Shown: positions 22,571-34,930 of the stretch, piece by piece
Layout: every line of letters begins with the position of its first letter
Position numbering within the stretch: position 1 is the stretch's first letter
NCBI RefSeq assembly: GCF_001194135.2
Contig: NC_068982.1
Location: 100,279,493-100,321,439 of the forward strand
Source of the DNA: Octopus bimaculoides
Taxonomy: Eukaryota
Length of the DNA stretch: 41,947 bases
Direction: 5' to 3'
The notes under the pieces: model-generated
Databases searched by the model: none
Told to the model about the DNA's origin: nothing
What the model saw: only the letters and a program-made list of their open reading frames with translations
Program-made: the position numbers and the translations under genes

Positions 22571-22910
22571 TGATGATAATTGCTATATATTTTCATTGTT
22601 ATCTTTTTTATGTTTTTTTTTTCTCGTGCACTCATGGGTTGAGCAAGTAGTCTTGAAGACTCCCACCTCTTGTTTCAGCCATTTTAACATCTGGCACAAA
22701 ACATGTTTTTACAGAATATGGAAAATGAATGACATTCATTTACATATATATATGTGTGCATATGTGCATGCACACACACACACACATATGCAACACAATA
22801 CATGTATTCTGGATTGTATTAAATCCAGTGTATTCCTCTCCTTCAAATTCATGGTTTTACACCAATGTAACCAGCCTATCATTATATAATTCCATTTCTT
22901 TTTTCCTCAG

Positions 22911-23050
22911 CTCTTGTACTCATAGTTACCACGGCAATGAAGAATGCTAAGGAGGCAGCAGCCAAAGCAAATGAATCTATGGGAAAAAGAGTGGAAGCAG
23001 TAAAGCAACATGCCAAATTCCTCAAGAATGCAATGGAGGATGCTTCAGCG
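22911..23050 (+). CDS. IMMT: MIC60 exon 7 (ALVLIVTTAMKNAKEAAAKANESMGKRVEAVKQHAKFLKNAMEDASA)
   Basis: ttttttcctcag| acceptor and GCG|gtatgc donor, phase 1 to 0. AV..H...LK.AM[ED] is typical of metazoan mitofilin. Confidence 0.92.
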
Positions 23051-23344
23051 GTATGCTAACCAGTTTTTTATCTAAATTCTTCCAACTCATCATGTCTACC
23101 ATTGACTTTTTATTAATACTTATCACTTCTTCCATTAATTAGCTTTTCTCTTAATTTCATCTTTCTTGCTTTATTGTTTTTTTCTCTTAACTTCTTTCCT
23201 TTTTTTCTTTTTTTACCTTTTCTCCTTTCTTTTGCTGTCTTTTCTTTCTTTCCATACCATTTCCTTGCTTATTCATGTTTTCTCCAATAATTTAAACTAA
23301 AATTATTCACATTAACTTCATGCTTAATTATCTCAATCCCCCAG

Positions 23345-23750
23345 TCTTGTAAATATTAAAAAAGCACTGGTGACGTACAACCATGTAAAGACACTGGTGA
23401 TGGTGCCAAGTAAAAAGCACCCAGTAAATATTCTGTAAAAACATATCAGGCCATGGGAAAATATTGACTTGCTTGGAAACGGGTAAGGGTTGATGACAGG
23501 AAGGGCATTCGGCCATAGAAAATCTATCAATAAAATCCACTTGACCCATGCAAGCATGAAAAAATAGACGATGAGGATTTGACATCAGAACATATAGAAC
23601 TCTGTAAAGTGGTTGGCACCAGGAGGGGCATCCAGCCGTAGAAACCATGCCAGCACAAACACTGGAGCCTGGTTTGGCCCCTGACCGTACCAGCTCCTGT
23701 CAAACCATCCAACCCATACCAGCATGGGAAAATGGATGTTAAATGATGAT
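23345..23750 (+). mobile_element. Two RTE-tail SINE-like elements with internal ~20-bp repeats
   Basis: aaaaagcactggtg repeats, gggcat(t/c)c cores and (GAT) tails. Confidence 0.75.
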
Positions 23751-23979
23751 GTGGGTGATGGTTAGTTGTAAGTTACCTTGAATAAGATATTTGCAGTTAT
23801 ATTCAGTACATATTTTATAGTGTATTGATAATTGATTTTCTTCTTTTTTTTTCTTCTTTTTTTTACAATTATTTAAGGTAGACTAGGAGATTTATGTGGG
23901 GGTTGAACACATCTCCACCTTCTCTCTTCATTTTCTAAGCTCTCACCTACATTTGAGTATCAATATTTTGGAATTCTAA

Positions 23980-24400
23980 GGCAGCGAGCTGGCAGAAATG
24001 TTAGCACACCAAGCGAAATGCTTAGTGGTATTTCGTCTGTCTTTACATTCTGAGTTCAAATTCTGCCAAGGTCGACTTTGCCTTTCACCCTCTCATGGTC
24101 GATAAATTAAGTACCAGTTGTGTACTGAGGTTGATCTAATTGACTGGCCCTCTCCCCAAACATTTTGGGCCTCAATTCTCTAAGGTGGTCAGCTGGCAGA
24201 ATTGTTAGCATGCCAGGCAAAATGCCTAGCAGTATTTCATCCATCTTCACATTCTGAATTCAAATTCTGCTGAGGTTGACTTTGCTTTTCATCCTTTTTT
24301 TGGGGTAAAATTAGTACCAGTTGAACACTGGGGTTGATGTAATTGACTTACACCTGCCTCTGAAATTGCTGGCCTTGTGCCAAAATTTGAAATCAATATT
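23980..24400 (+). mobile_element. Head-to-tail dimer of tRNA-derived (Meta-like) SINEs
   Basis: Two copies of gagctggcagaa..ttagca..GAGTTCAAATTC..gactttgcctttcatcc..aagtaccagttg (23980-24175 and 24184-24400). Confidence 0.85.
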
Positions 24401-24806
24401 TTGAAATTCTCTTAAAGTAGTATCTTCAACAGGTATAGCAATATCAATCGATTTGAATTGAATTTGAGTCATTATATTTCATTTCATTGTGCACCAAATT
24501 CTCAAGTCATATCTATAAAGTGTTCATACTGGATTATGCCAGCATGGAAAACCAATGTTAAATAATGATGATGATTATTATGACAGTATGACAGGAAATT
24601 GGAAAGTTACTTTATCAGCTTTTTTTCATTTCTGGTTGTAGCTAGTTTCGGTGATTGATATCTAGGATGAATTTGTTAAAGGCATGAATTTCAAACCTAC
24701 ATATATCTTCTTAAAAGTCCTTAATATATCGGGAATAATTTTTGTGTTGAAAAAATATGAAAGAGGCTAAGCAGTTTGATTTTTGTACCATTTTCTGCTT
24801 GTAAAG

Positions 24807-24904
24807 GTTTTGGAGAAAGACAGTCAGTGGCAAGCTGTAGCCAGTGCATATGAGATACGTCAAGCTGTCACAAATGAATGTGAGAAGAAAGTGATGAATG
24901 CCAG
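24807..24904 (+). CDS. IMMT: MIC60 exon 8 (VLEKDSQWQAVASAYEIRQAVTNECEKKVMNAR)
   Basis: K.SQW matches the conserved K.AQW motif. Acceptor ttttctgcttgtaaag| and donor AG|gtaaat, phase 0 to 2. Confidence 0.9.
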
Positions 24905-25637
24905 GTAAATGTCATTGTTTTATGTTTCAAAACTTCTACAGTAGTCATGTTAGTGCAGAGGTAAGAGTGTTCAATCTAATGCATAAGTGTAACGAGCTCA
25001 AAATCTGTAGCTCTGTGGTTCAAATCATGCAAAAATTTCTTAGGTTCATGAATAACTTATCACTAGATGTTAAACAATGATTACACACACACACACACAC
25101 ATATATGAGAGAGAGAGAGGCTTCTTTCAGTTTCCATCTACCAGATGCACTCACAAGGCAGTGAAGAATGTTGTGAAGAGAAAAGGGATGAGATGCTGGG
25201 TCATCTGCTGAAGAAAGAATGACTAAGTTTGAGGTAACAGTTTGTGTGGATCATATGTTTAAGTCCAAACTGTCAGCATAGTCTCTGGTTTACAAATGAA
25301 CAGTTAGATCTAGAAGTGAAGTCACTTCAAAAGAATAAATCATGCTTCCATTCTTTATGGTTTGGTGGTAGGAAGTGTGTATATTTAACAGTGGTAAAAC
25401 TCCAGCTTGTGCGTCATATGCAACTCTCAAAGCTAATATCTGCAGCTCCTGAGATTTACAACCTACCAGCTGGATTTTGAAGTATTAATTGAAAAAATGA
25501 AAATTCAGTAAATGTTTTCAATGTGCAGAGATAAATCAATTCAGCTTTGTCAATAAAACTATGTAAGAGCATATTTTCTTGTTTTAAATATTATTCTTAC
25601 ATATATTGTAACTTTTGAAATAAAATAAAAGAAAAAT

Positions 25638-26030
25638 CATAAGCACAGGTGTGGTTGTGTGGTAAGAAGCTAGCTTCCCAACCACATGGTTCTGGCTTCA
25701 GTCCCACCGTGTGGCACCTTAGGTAAGTGTTTTCTACTATATCCTTGGGCTGACCAAAGCTTTGTGACTGGATTTGGTTGATGAAAACTGAAAGAAGCCC
25801 TTTCATATATCTATGTGTGTGTCTGTGTTTAACCCCCATCACAGCTTGACAAACAGTATTGGTGTGTTTAGGTCCCATTGACATAGCAGTTCGGCAAAAG
25901 AGACTGATAGAAAAGGACCAGGCTTTAAAGAAAAAGGACTGCGGGGTTGACTCATTCGATTAAATATTTTTCTAGGTGGTGCTCCAGAATGGTTGCAGTC
26001 TCACAACTGAAACAAGTTAAAGATAAAAGA
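25638..26030 (+). mobile_element. Near full-length tRNA-derived SINE
   Basis: gtggttgtgtggtaagaagc..gcttcagtccc..gtggcaccttaggtaagtg..tail gaaacaagttaaagataaaaga. Confidence 0.85.
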
Positions 26031-26133
26031 TATATGTGACTAAATAATTGTGTTATCATTTCCAATACACAGCAGTGTCTTTAATAGAATTTTGACTGAT
26101 GTCTTCTTGAATATTTTTCTCTTTAAATTTCAG

Positions 26134-26269
26134 ATTACAATTAGAAAAACTTCGCAAAACATTGGATGATGGTTTTAGTAACACTGTTACCAAACACAAT
26201 GCACAATTGATTGACGGACAAGAGTTATTTAATAATATTTCACATAGCTTGAATATATCTTCAAGTGAG
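26134..26269 (+). CDS. IMMT: MIC60 exon 9 (LQLEKLRKTLDDG...NISSSE)
   Basis: tttcag| acceptor and GAG|gtaaga donor, phase 2 to 0. Confidence 0.9.
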
Positions 26270-26314
26270 GTAAGATCCTCTTTCTTTTTTTCTATTCATT
26301 TCTCTTTTTCTATC

Positions 26315-26830
26315 ATCATCATCATCATATGTCTGTTTTCCATGCTGGTATGGACGGCATGACAGGAAGTGGCAAAGCCAGGTACTGCACCAGGTTTTCA
26401 TCGCTGGATGCCCTTCCTAATGCCAACTACATTGTGTACTGGGTGCTTTTTATTTGGTACCAGCACCAGTGCTTTTTTCGTGGCACCAGCACCCACACTA
26501 ATGCTTTTTGTATAGCAACTTGGTTTTAGGGTCTCAGTTCTATTCTGGCAGGCAGGTCTTCTCGAGCACAGCAATGCACCACATATTTCGATCTGCTGTT
26601 ATCTCCTTTATTAGGTTCAGAGTTTTGAGATTGGCCTTCAATACTTCATCCATTGTCTTCTTGGGTCTTCTTCCTCTTCTGCAACTTCCCTCCACTCTAA
26701 GTAATTGGCACTTCTTTATGCAACTGTCCTTATCCATCTGCATTACTTGACCAAGCCAGCATAGACTCCTCTCTTGCATACTATCTAATTCCTCTTATCC
26801 CCAAACCTCTCTCTAAATACACCAATACTC
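26315..26830 (-). mobile_element. RTE-tail element plus RTE LINE 3' fragment
   Basis: MQERSLCWLGQVMQMDKDSCIKKCQLLRVEGSCRRGRRPKKTMDEVLKANL. Confidence 0.85.
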
Positions 26831-27700
26831 TGTTGTACATGCACACTGACATTGCATGTGTGTATATATGTTACAATGGTGACCCACTGTCTCTTTCTTC
26901 CCTCTCAATAATATGTAATGGAATGGAGCCTGTTTGTTGTCAGTCAAGTTAATTGAAGCAAGCAGAACCTAGGAATTTACGAGTATTACACAATAGCTTT
27001 AGTAATATTTGAACTTGCCACCTTGTGATCAAAAGTACAGTACCTTAATTTCATAGTTATTGTGATATTATGATAGCATTTACTTCCTGAACTTATGAAC
27101 AATGGCTCAACATGTGTGGAATGCTGTAATGTTCAAGCCAATCCAAAGAGTTATTAGAGCTATAATTAATGTGAAGTGGTTCCAACAAAAAATTTAAAAC
27201 TGGCTCATAGTTTTCGTTCACTGGAAGTTTTCTTCTACACTACACAGATTGATCAGTCTTCAGGCATATGGCAAACAGAATTGTGCAGGAGGAAAACAGA
27301 CGTTTATTTCTAATTTCCATTTTCCTTATTTGCATGGATTGGTTGGAAACCATTGAGGTAGATTTTCTATGGCTGGATGCCCTTCCTGTCAAGAACCCTT
27401 ACCTGTTTCCAAACACACATTTACATACGTATATACATATACATAGTGATGATATACACATATACACATATATTTTTTTATATATATACATGTATCATCA
27501 TCATCATCGTTTAACGTCCGCTTTCCATGCTAGCATGGGTTGGACGATTTGACTGAGGACTGGTGAAACCGGATGGCAACACCAGGCTCCAGTCTGATTT
27601 GGCAGAGTTTCTACAGCTGGATGCCCTTCCTGTCAAGAACCCTTACCTGTTTCCAAACACACATTTACATACGTATATACATATACATAGNNNNNNNNNN

Positions 27701-27751
<51 letters not shown>

Positions 27752-27769
27752 CACACACACACACAGAGT

Positions 27770-28110
27770 GTGTGAGAGAGAATCATGATGTCATAGGAGA
27801 GAAATGTGTCCGCAAGGATGATGGCTCACTTGCATTTAATGAGGCTACAAAGAGAGAGACTTGGAGATGCCATTATGAAAGGTTGCGAAATGAAGAGAAT
27901 GAATGGGAGAAAGAGAGTCTGCCAAATGTCAACCCAACAAAGGGACCAGCTATCTGAATTGACAGTATCTTGGTAGATAAAGCAATTAAGGGTATGAAGA
28001 CAAGAAAAGCCCCCCAGTCCATCAAGAATCACCATAGAGATGCTTAAAATATCTGGTGGTGTCAGCTACAGTCTAGTCACCCGTATAGTCAGTCAGGTGA
28101 TACACGAAGG
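27770..28110 (+). mobile_element. RTE-type LINE ORF2 fragment (upstream of the RT core)
   Basis: DVIGEKCVRKDDGSLAFNEATKRETWRCHYERLRNEENEW, then VDKAIKGMKTRKAP and, after a frameshift, ITIEMLKISG. Confidence 0.85.
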
Positions 28111-28490
28111 AGACCTTGCCAGATCAGATTGGAGCTTGTTACAGCCTGGCTTGCCAGTCCTCAGTCAAACTATCCTGCCCATGCCAGCATGGAAAGCAGA
28201 CGTTGAACAACGATGATGATATATATATATATGTACACACACACACACACACATATATATGCATGATAGGCGGGCTTCTTTTAGTTTTTTCTACCACATC
28301 CACTCACAAGGCTTTGGTCAGCCCAGATTATAGTAGCAGATAATTGTGCAAGGTGCCACACAATAGGATTGAACCTAGAACCAAGTGGTTGGCAAATAAC
28401 CACACAGCTACACCTATGCTTAGGTTTTCTTATATTTGAATTTATTTAGCAGTTATATCCCTAACCGTTTTTTCCATTCATATCTGACAG

Positions 28491-28617
28491 GTATCTAGAG
28501 CAGAAAGTGAAGGTAAAATGGCTGAGAAGTATAAACATCTTGTGGATCAAAGCCGGGAGAAATTTCGAAGAGAGCTCGAAAGTATTGTGCCTAATGTAAA
28601 GCTTGGTGATAAACAAA
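28491..28617 (+). CDS. IMMT: MIC60 exon 10 (VSRAESEGKMAEKYKHLVDQSREKFRRELESIVPNVKLGDKQ)
   Basis: Matches the conserved ..Y..LV...R..F..EL.SI.P motif. gacag| acceptor and A|gtaagt donor, phase 0 to 1. Confidence 0.95.
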
Positions 28618-29205
28618 GTAAGTATCTAAATCACATATTTCCATTGGGTAAGGCATATCTAAGTGATTAAGAAGTTCTCATGAGCTTAAACATTTTATCC
28701 TACTGCATGGCATCTTGAGGCAAGTGTCTTTATACCATAGCATTGGTACAATGGTTGTACCAAGCCTTGTTTGTCAAATATAGTATAGTAAAACTGTAAG
28801 AAGGTGACAAATAAGAGGATCTTCCTTGTGACTTCACCCCCCCCCCACATACATACATACTTTTTTGTATGTATGTATGTGTGTGTGTGTATGTGAAAGC
28901 TGATCTTAAGATGCTGTTTCTTACGAAGGAGGTGACAGAAGACCGAGATATCTAATGCCTTGTTGTACTCAAGAAGACCCGTCCACCACAGCAGAATTGA
29001 TATCCTAAAACCACCTTAGTAATGCTTACCTCTATCCTCTCTGCCCCATCAACTTTCTCCCTCCTTGACAATATCATCCCCTAACACCCATCACTTCCTC
29101 TGTTGCCTGAGGGCAGAATAAGCACATACTACATTGCCTGGCTTTCTTGGTTACTTGTTCCTCTCCCTTCCCAGTTACCTTTCTCCCCCCCCCCCNNNNN
29201 NNNNN

Positions 29206-29510
29206 GCCAACTCTTTACTCTTTTACTTGTTTCAGTCATTTGACTGCGGCCATGCTGGAGCACCGCCTTTAGTCGAGCAAATCGACCCCAGGACTTATTC
29301 TTTGGAAGCCTAGTACTTATTCTATCGGTCTCTTTTTGCTGAACTGCTAAGCTACAGGGACGTAAACACACCAGCATCGGTTGTCAAGCAATGTTGGGGG
29401 GACAAACACAAACACACACACACACACACAACATATATATATATACATATATACGACGGGCTTCTTTCAGTTTCCGTCTACCAAATCCACTCACAAGGCT
29501 TTCTGCATCT
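29206..29510 (-). mobile_element. tRNA-derived SINE, 3' half, next to a gap
   Basis: Nearly the same sequence as 41645-41947. Confidence 0.85.
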
Positions 29511-30900
29511 TTTCTTCCCATTCTGTGCTGCTCTCCACTATCAAACATCTTGCTTCCTGCTATCACCCTCAGTGCCCTCACGTATATACTGTGACCCATG
29601 TCCTTGAGCCTCATCTATATCTCTCCATCATTTGCTACAGTCACCTCATCCTGCCCATTGACCTAACCCAGTCCTCTTTATCACCACATCTATTCTCACT
29701 ATCCCTCATGGGCATATCCCAACACATCTTCGCCATCATCTCTCTCACTATCACTCTCTTTATCTTACTCTCCAACTCACTCTCCTTTGTTTTCCAACTG
29801 GAGTATCTATGTATCTACTCTACAGCAAGACACCTATATCTGTCCCTTCTATACTTCAAATCTCTCAACTGGCACAAAGCCACGTTCCCTCAATACCACT
29901 CCTACTTCTCCCCACTCCCAGTTGAGGGGTTTTTGTGTTGCAAGGTACTTGGTGACCCTGTTGGTGCTGGTGCGACATGAAAGCAGTGGAGCTGTTGCCA
30001 TGTAAAAGGTATTAGTGCTGGTGCCATGTAAAAAGTTCTGGTGATGGTACTGCATGAAAAACACTGGCAATGGTGTCACATGAAAAGCACTGGTGCTGGT
30101 GCCACATAAAAAGCACCCAGTACACTCTGTAAAGTGGTTGGCATTGGGAAAGGCATTCAGCTGTGGAAACCATGCCAAAACAGAAAGTGGAACCTGGTGC
30201 TGCTCTCAATCTTGCCAGCTCCTGTCAAACTGTCCCATACCAGCATAGAAAATGGATGTTAAATGATGATGATGATTATGTTATATATCATCATTATTAT
30301 ATTTTAATGTTCATTTTACATGCTGTTGGATGGTTTGACAGAGTCCAGCTGGTCTAAAGACTGCATTGTGTCCCAGTGTCTCCTTTGGCATGGTCTCTAC
30401 AGTTGGACACCTTTCCTAATGTCAACCAATTTACAGAGTGTACTGAGTGCTCGCTGTGCCACTTGCAAAACTAAGATCTTCTAATGAGTAAGGCTACATC
30501 AGAGTTCGAGGTAGCTTTAGGCTCGGAGATGGGAGTTCAAAATATGAAAGAGAGTCAGAACAGAGGAGTTACATAGCTACCCACATAAAAGCGTGGGTGG
30601 GAGTAATTAGAGTGGTGCTGGAAAGAGAGATAAGCTAATGATGATGAAATATCAGAGTGGACCTTGGAGGTAGGTGTATAGAAGTGAATGGGAACAGAAA
30701 ACTGCAAGAATGTATGGGTAGTGAGGGACGGTTAGAGATGAGAAATGGGTGAGGGGGAAAATATAATGAAGATTAAGCATTGAGGGGAGGTAGGGAGGAG
30801 TAGGTGATGTGTTTAGAGATAGGGAATGGTTGAGGGGGAGGATGTAGTGGATGGTGGACAAGAGTGGAGGAGTGATTGATGAAGGTGGCAGGGCAGTAAG
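29510..30900. mobile_element. Two long composite RTE-tail elements, tail-to-tail (+ about 29510-30275; - about 30285-30900)
   Basis: Each has a strongly pyrimidine- or purine-skewed 5' part and the family 3' end; the + copy also has ctggtgcca(c/t)(a/g)taaaaagca repeats. A related copy is at about 36370-36900 (-). Confidence 0.65.
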
Positions 30901-30988
30901 CTAGTAATTCCAAATAACTCTTGATCACTTTACTAGTTCATCTGGGTGCTGTTTTGAGTTGAAAACCTTCTGTATTGATTACTTCTAG

Positions 30989-31212
30989 GTAAAAAGATGT
31001 CTGAAGAGGACCTGAACTCATTGATTGTTCATGCCCACACTCGCATTGATCAGTTACAGAAACAGCTTGCTAAACAGGTTGCCCTGGAGCAGGAGAGGTT
31101 CCAAGAAGCAGTGTGCGAACAACGGGCAGATGATGCCAGAATGGCTGATATAAGGCTGAATGAAGAGTTAGACTATGCTAAGAAACAATTTGAAATTGAA
31201 AAAGAAAAATTA
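30989..31212 (+). CDS. IMMT: MIC60 exon 11 (SKKMSEEDLNSLIVHAHTRIDQLQKQLAKQ...EKEKL)
   Basis: Hallmark DLNSLIxHAHxRIDQL motif. ttctag| acceptor and TTA|gtaagt donor, phase 1 to 0. Confidence 0.97.
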
Positions 31213-32011
31213 GTAAGTATCCATTTAAATAAAAATAAGAAAAAACACTACTTGAATATTTCAGATTGGCTTGATGTAAAGACTGACCATCATCATCATC
31301 ATTTAATGTCTATTGTCCATGCTGACATGAGTTGGGCGTGTAAAACTGTTAATGTAAAACTGTTTTTATTATTACTGAACATAAAAACAAACATTAATAT
31401 ATGTGTGTGTGTGTGTGTGTGTTTGGGCATAAAATGAATGCACTGCATCTTCAACATAGAAGTGTAAACTATTAGCTTTATTTAGTAGTGTTACTTATGG
31501 GGAAAATAAACCATAAAGTTAAGTAGATTATTTTTTAGTGATAGACTTGTCTGATATATTAATCTGCACTACATATATATTCAATCAGTGGTTCAATATA
31601 TGATTATTCTGAGCTTCCATTATTTAAAAAAAAACAACTTTATCCAATGTCAATAATTATAAGGGAATATAATCAAAAACATGACCTCATACTTAATGCA
31701 GTATCTCTTGTCTACCATCAGTTATTCAATTTTTTTTTACTTACTGAGTCCGGAGGAAGGGACATTGCCAATGATCTTTACAATCATGAAACCAATGAAC
31801 TTGATGCCATTAATTGGTTATGTTAGTGCTATAGTTACTGTTCAAACAGACCTGTCTAATGATAGCCATTACCTTATTCTCTTGCTCTCAAAATCTCAGG
31901 ATCTTGTTTGTGAGAAAAACCATGCCAAAACAGACAGTGAAGCCTGGTCAGCTCCTGTCAAACTGTCCAACCCATGCCAGTATGGAAGGCAGACGTTAAA
32001 TGATGATGATG

Positions 32012-32056
<45 letters not shown>

Positions 32057-32308
32057 TTTTNNNNNNNNNNNNNNNNNNNNNNNNNNNNNNNNNNNNNNNN
32101 NNNNNNNNNNNNNNNNNNNNNNNNNNNNNNNNNNNNNNNNNNNNNNNNNNNNNNNNNNNNNNNNNNNNNNNNNNNNNNNNNNNNNNNNNNNNNNNNNNNN
32201 NNNNNNNNNNNNNNATATATATATATATATATATATACATAGCTCATCATGTGAGTTTATGTAAAAATTTGACAAAAATTTGGAGTAAATTGCAATTTTT
32301 TTTTTTAG

Positions 32309-32537
32309 CTGAGGAAATCTGCAATTCAATTTGAAGAAGATTTACGATCACATCTAGCACGTCAAGCTGCAGCTCATAGTTGCCACCTGAAGGATGCTCT
32401 CGAAGTACATGAAAAAGAACTTGAGACAGAGTTTGATAAGAGACTCAATATGAAGATTCTGGAAGAACGTGCTACCTTCCAGACAGAGATGTCTGGTTGG
32501 ATTGGTCGGCTGAAAGGTATTGAAGCTGCAGTTGAAG
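32309..32537 (+). CDS. IMMT: MIC60 exon 12 (FEEDLRSHLARQAAAHSCHLKDALEV...RLKGIEAAVE)
   Basis: Hallmark RQAAAH..HL and RL.GIE.AV motifs. (t)nag| acceptor and G|gtaggt donor, phase 0 to 1. Confidence 0.97.
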
Positions 32538-32659
32538 GTAGGTCATTTTAGCTTTTTGTTTATCATTCTAATTTCAATATTTAATATTTTCTATTCTGTG
32601 TTAAAAAAAACATTGCTGGCTTTTCAAAAAGCTGAATCAGCATTTTGCTTTTTTTTTTT

Positions 32660-33058
32660 TGTTTGATCGTTGCCAGTGCCGATGGACTGGCTCCTGTGCA
32701 GGTGACACATAATACACCATTTCGAGCATGGCCTTTGTCAGTAAGACATCCAAGCAAGATCGTTGCCAGTGCCGATGGACTGGCTCCTGTGCAGGTGGCA
32801 TGTAAAATGCATCAATTTGAGCGTGGCCGTTGCCAGTACCTGCCTGACTGGCCCTCGTGCCAGTGGCACATAAAAGCACCCACTGCACTCTCGGAGTGGT
32901 TGGCGTTACGAAGGGCATCCAGCTGTAGAAACTCTGCCAAATCAGATTGGAGCCTGGTGTCGCCTCCTGGTCCACCAGTCCTCAGTCAAATCGTCCAACC
33001 CATGCTAGCATGGAAAGCGGACGTTAAACGACGATGAGGATGATGATGATGATGATGA
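32660..33058 (+). mobile_element. Young RTE-tail SINE-like element with a duplicated internal 40-bp unit
   Basis: gatcgttgccagtgccgatggactggctcctgtgcaggtg occurs twice. CpG-rich, with a (GAT)n tail. Confidence 0.85.
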
Positions 33059-33234
33059 CACTTGAGAAACCTTAAATGGCAGAAAACTGAAAATGTTCTG
33101 TCTCTTATAAATCTATCACCTTGTATACATGTAAGAACATTAAAATTGTTGTTAGTGTTGTTTTTCTTTCATAAGTTTATGAAGTTGTATTAATTGTAAA
33201 TTGCAATGTCTCTTTTTTTTTTTTTTGTCTTTAG

Positions 33235-33854
33235 CCCGAGCAGAAACAGAGAAATTAGCTAAACAAGCTCAAGAGTTATGGCTGGCTTGTGTAGCTCTTA
33301 ATGGTGTCATTCGACAGGGGCGTAAAAATATACTATCTAATGAAAACCAATTGAAACCGCTGAAGAAAGAAATCAGAACAGTTACTGATGCCGGGCAGAA
33401 CCATCCATTTGTGACAACAATCTTAAACTCTATCCCTGCAGTGGCAATTGAACGTGGAGTTTGGACAGAGGATGCTCTGAAGGAGCGTTTTGTTAAAGTG
33501 AAAAAAGTGTGTAAAAATGTGGCTATGATAGAAGCTCCAGGCGCGTCTTTGTTTAAGTATTTCCTCTCCTACTTACAGTCGTTTCTTATATTTGAGGCTG
33601 CATACATCAAGATAGAGAAAGATCCAATAAATGTTGAAGAACTGACTACGTTTGCCATATTGGCCAATGCCGACCATTATCTTGAAAAAGGTGATATTGA
33701 GAGAGCTGTGCGCCTCATGAACCAATTACATGGCCAGTCCCGGTATGTGGCTTCAGATTGGCTTCAGGAAGCCAAATTGTTCCTCGAGACACGACAAGCT
33801 GCTGAAGCTCTCATTGCATTTGCAGCAGCCCGAGGACTAGGACAGTTATTTTAG
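33235..33854 (+). CDS. IMMT: MIC60 exon 13 (terminal; lipid-binding and mitofilin domain)
   Basis: AQELWLAC, GVWTEDALKERF, SLFKYFLSYLQSFL, GDIERAVRLMNQLHGQSRYVASDWLQEAKLFLETRQ. Phase-1 acceptor. TAG at 33852-33854. Confidence 0.98.
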
Positions 33855-33984
33855 GTTTGTAACTGATTTCATACTTGATCAGCCCTTATTTAATATAGAT
33901 CATTGATGAGGTCATCATAGTTATACAGAAATGTAAAAAAAACAAAAAAAAACCAACCACTTGTGTGAATGTACGAGATACACT

Positions 33985-34069
33985 TATATAGTCACATGTG
34001 TGCTGCTTTATATATGCATGTGTTGTGTGTGCACATTCATACACACGTATGTATATATGTGTGTGTGTG

Positions 34070-34118
<49 letters not shown>

Positions 34119-34658
34119 CATATATATATATATATATGTATGTATGTGTGTGTGTGTGTATATATGTATGTATATGTGTGTGTGTATATATATGTATGTA
34201 TATGTGTGTGTATATATATATGTGTGTATATGTGTGTGTATATATATATATATGTGTGTATATGTGTGTGTATATATATATATATGTNNNNNNNNNNNNN
34301 NNNNNNNNNNNNNNNNNNNNNNNNNNNNNNNNNNNNNNNNNNNNNNNNNNNNNNNNNNNNNNNNNNNNNNNNNNNNNNNNNNNNNNNNNNNNNNNNNNNN
34401 NNNNNNNNNNNNNNNNNNNNNNNNNNNNNNNNNNNNNNNNNNNNNNNNNNNNNNNNNNNNNNNNNNNNNNNNNNNNNNNNNNNNNNNNNNNNNNNNNNNN
34501 NNNNNNNNNNNNNNNNNNNNNNNNNNNNNNNNNNNNNNNNNNNNNNNNNNNNNNNNNNNNNNNNNNNNNNNNNNNNNNNNNNNNNNNNNNNNNNNNNNNN
34601 NNNNNNNNNNNNNNNNNNNNNNNNNNNNNNNNNNNNNNNNNNNNNNNNNNNNNNNNNN

Positions 34659-34715
<57 letters not shown>

Positions 34716-34760
34716 GTGTGTGTATATATATATGTATATATGTATGTGTGTGCATGCATG
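33985..34760. repeat. Long (TA/TG)n compound microsatellite with an N gap (34288-34658), starting ~130 nt after the IMMT stop
   Basis: Seen directly in the sequence. Confidence 0.95.
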
Positions 34761-34895
34761 CACACACTCTTACACTCCATCATATGATGTTATTGTTTTT
34801 ACATCTACTTTTTCCCTGCTGACTGGTATTGACTGAGATTCCCTTGCAAACATAGAAAAAAGTGCATGTAATAACAATGATGATGTTACATGTGA

Positions 34896-34930
<35 letters not shown>

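Noticed and set aside
23980-24070. A-box/B-box heads as tRNA genes (also 7265, 25638 and others)
   Set aside because: No complete cloverleaf. They continue into SINE cores and tails and are multicopy.
29960-30120. Regularly spaced ~20-bp repeats (ctggtgcca..taaaaagca; also 23360-23430), superficially CRISPR-like
   Set aside because: Degenerate tandem units without unique spacers, inside a eukaryotic retroposon. No cas genes.
33961-34836. Long YIYI/CVCV ORFs here and at 8279-8658, 27563-27788, 31681-32334 and 35685-36156
   Set aside because: These are stop-free translations of microsatellites and N gaps.
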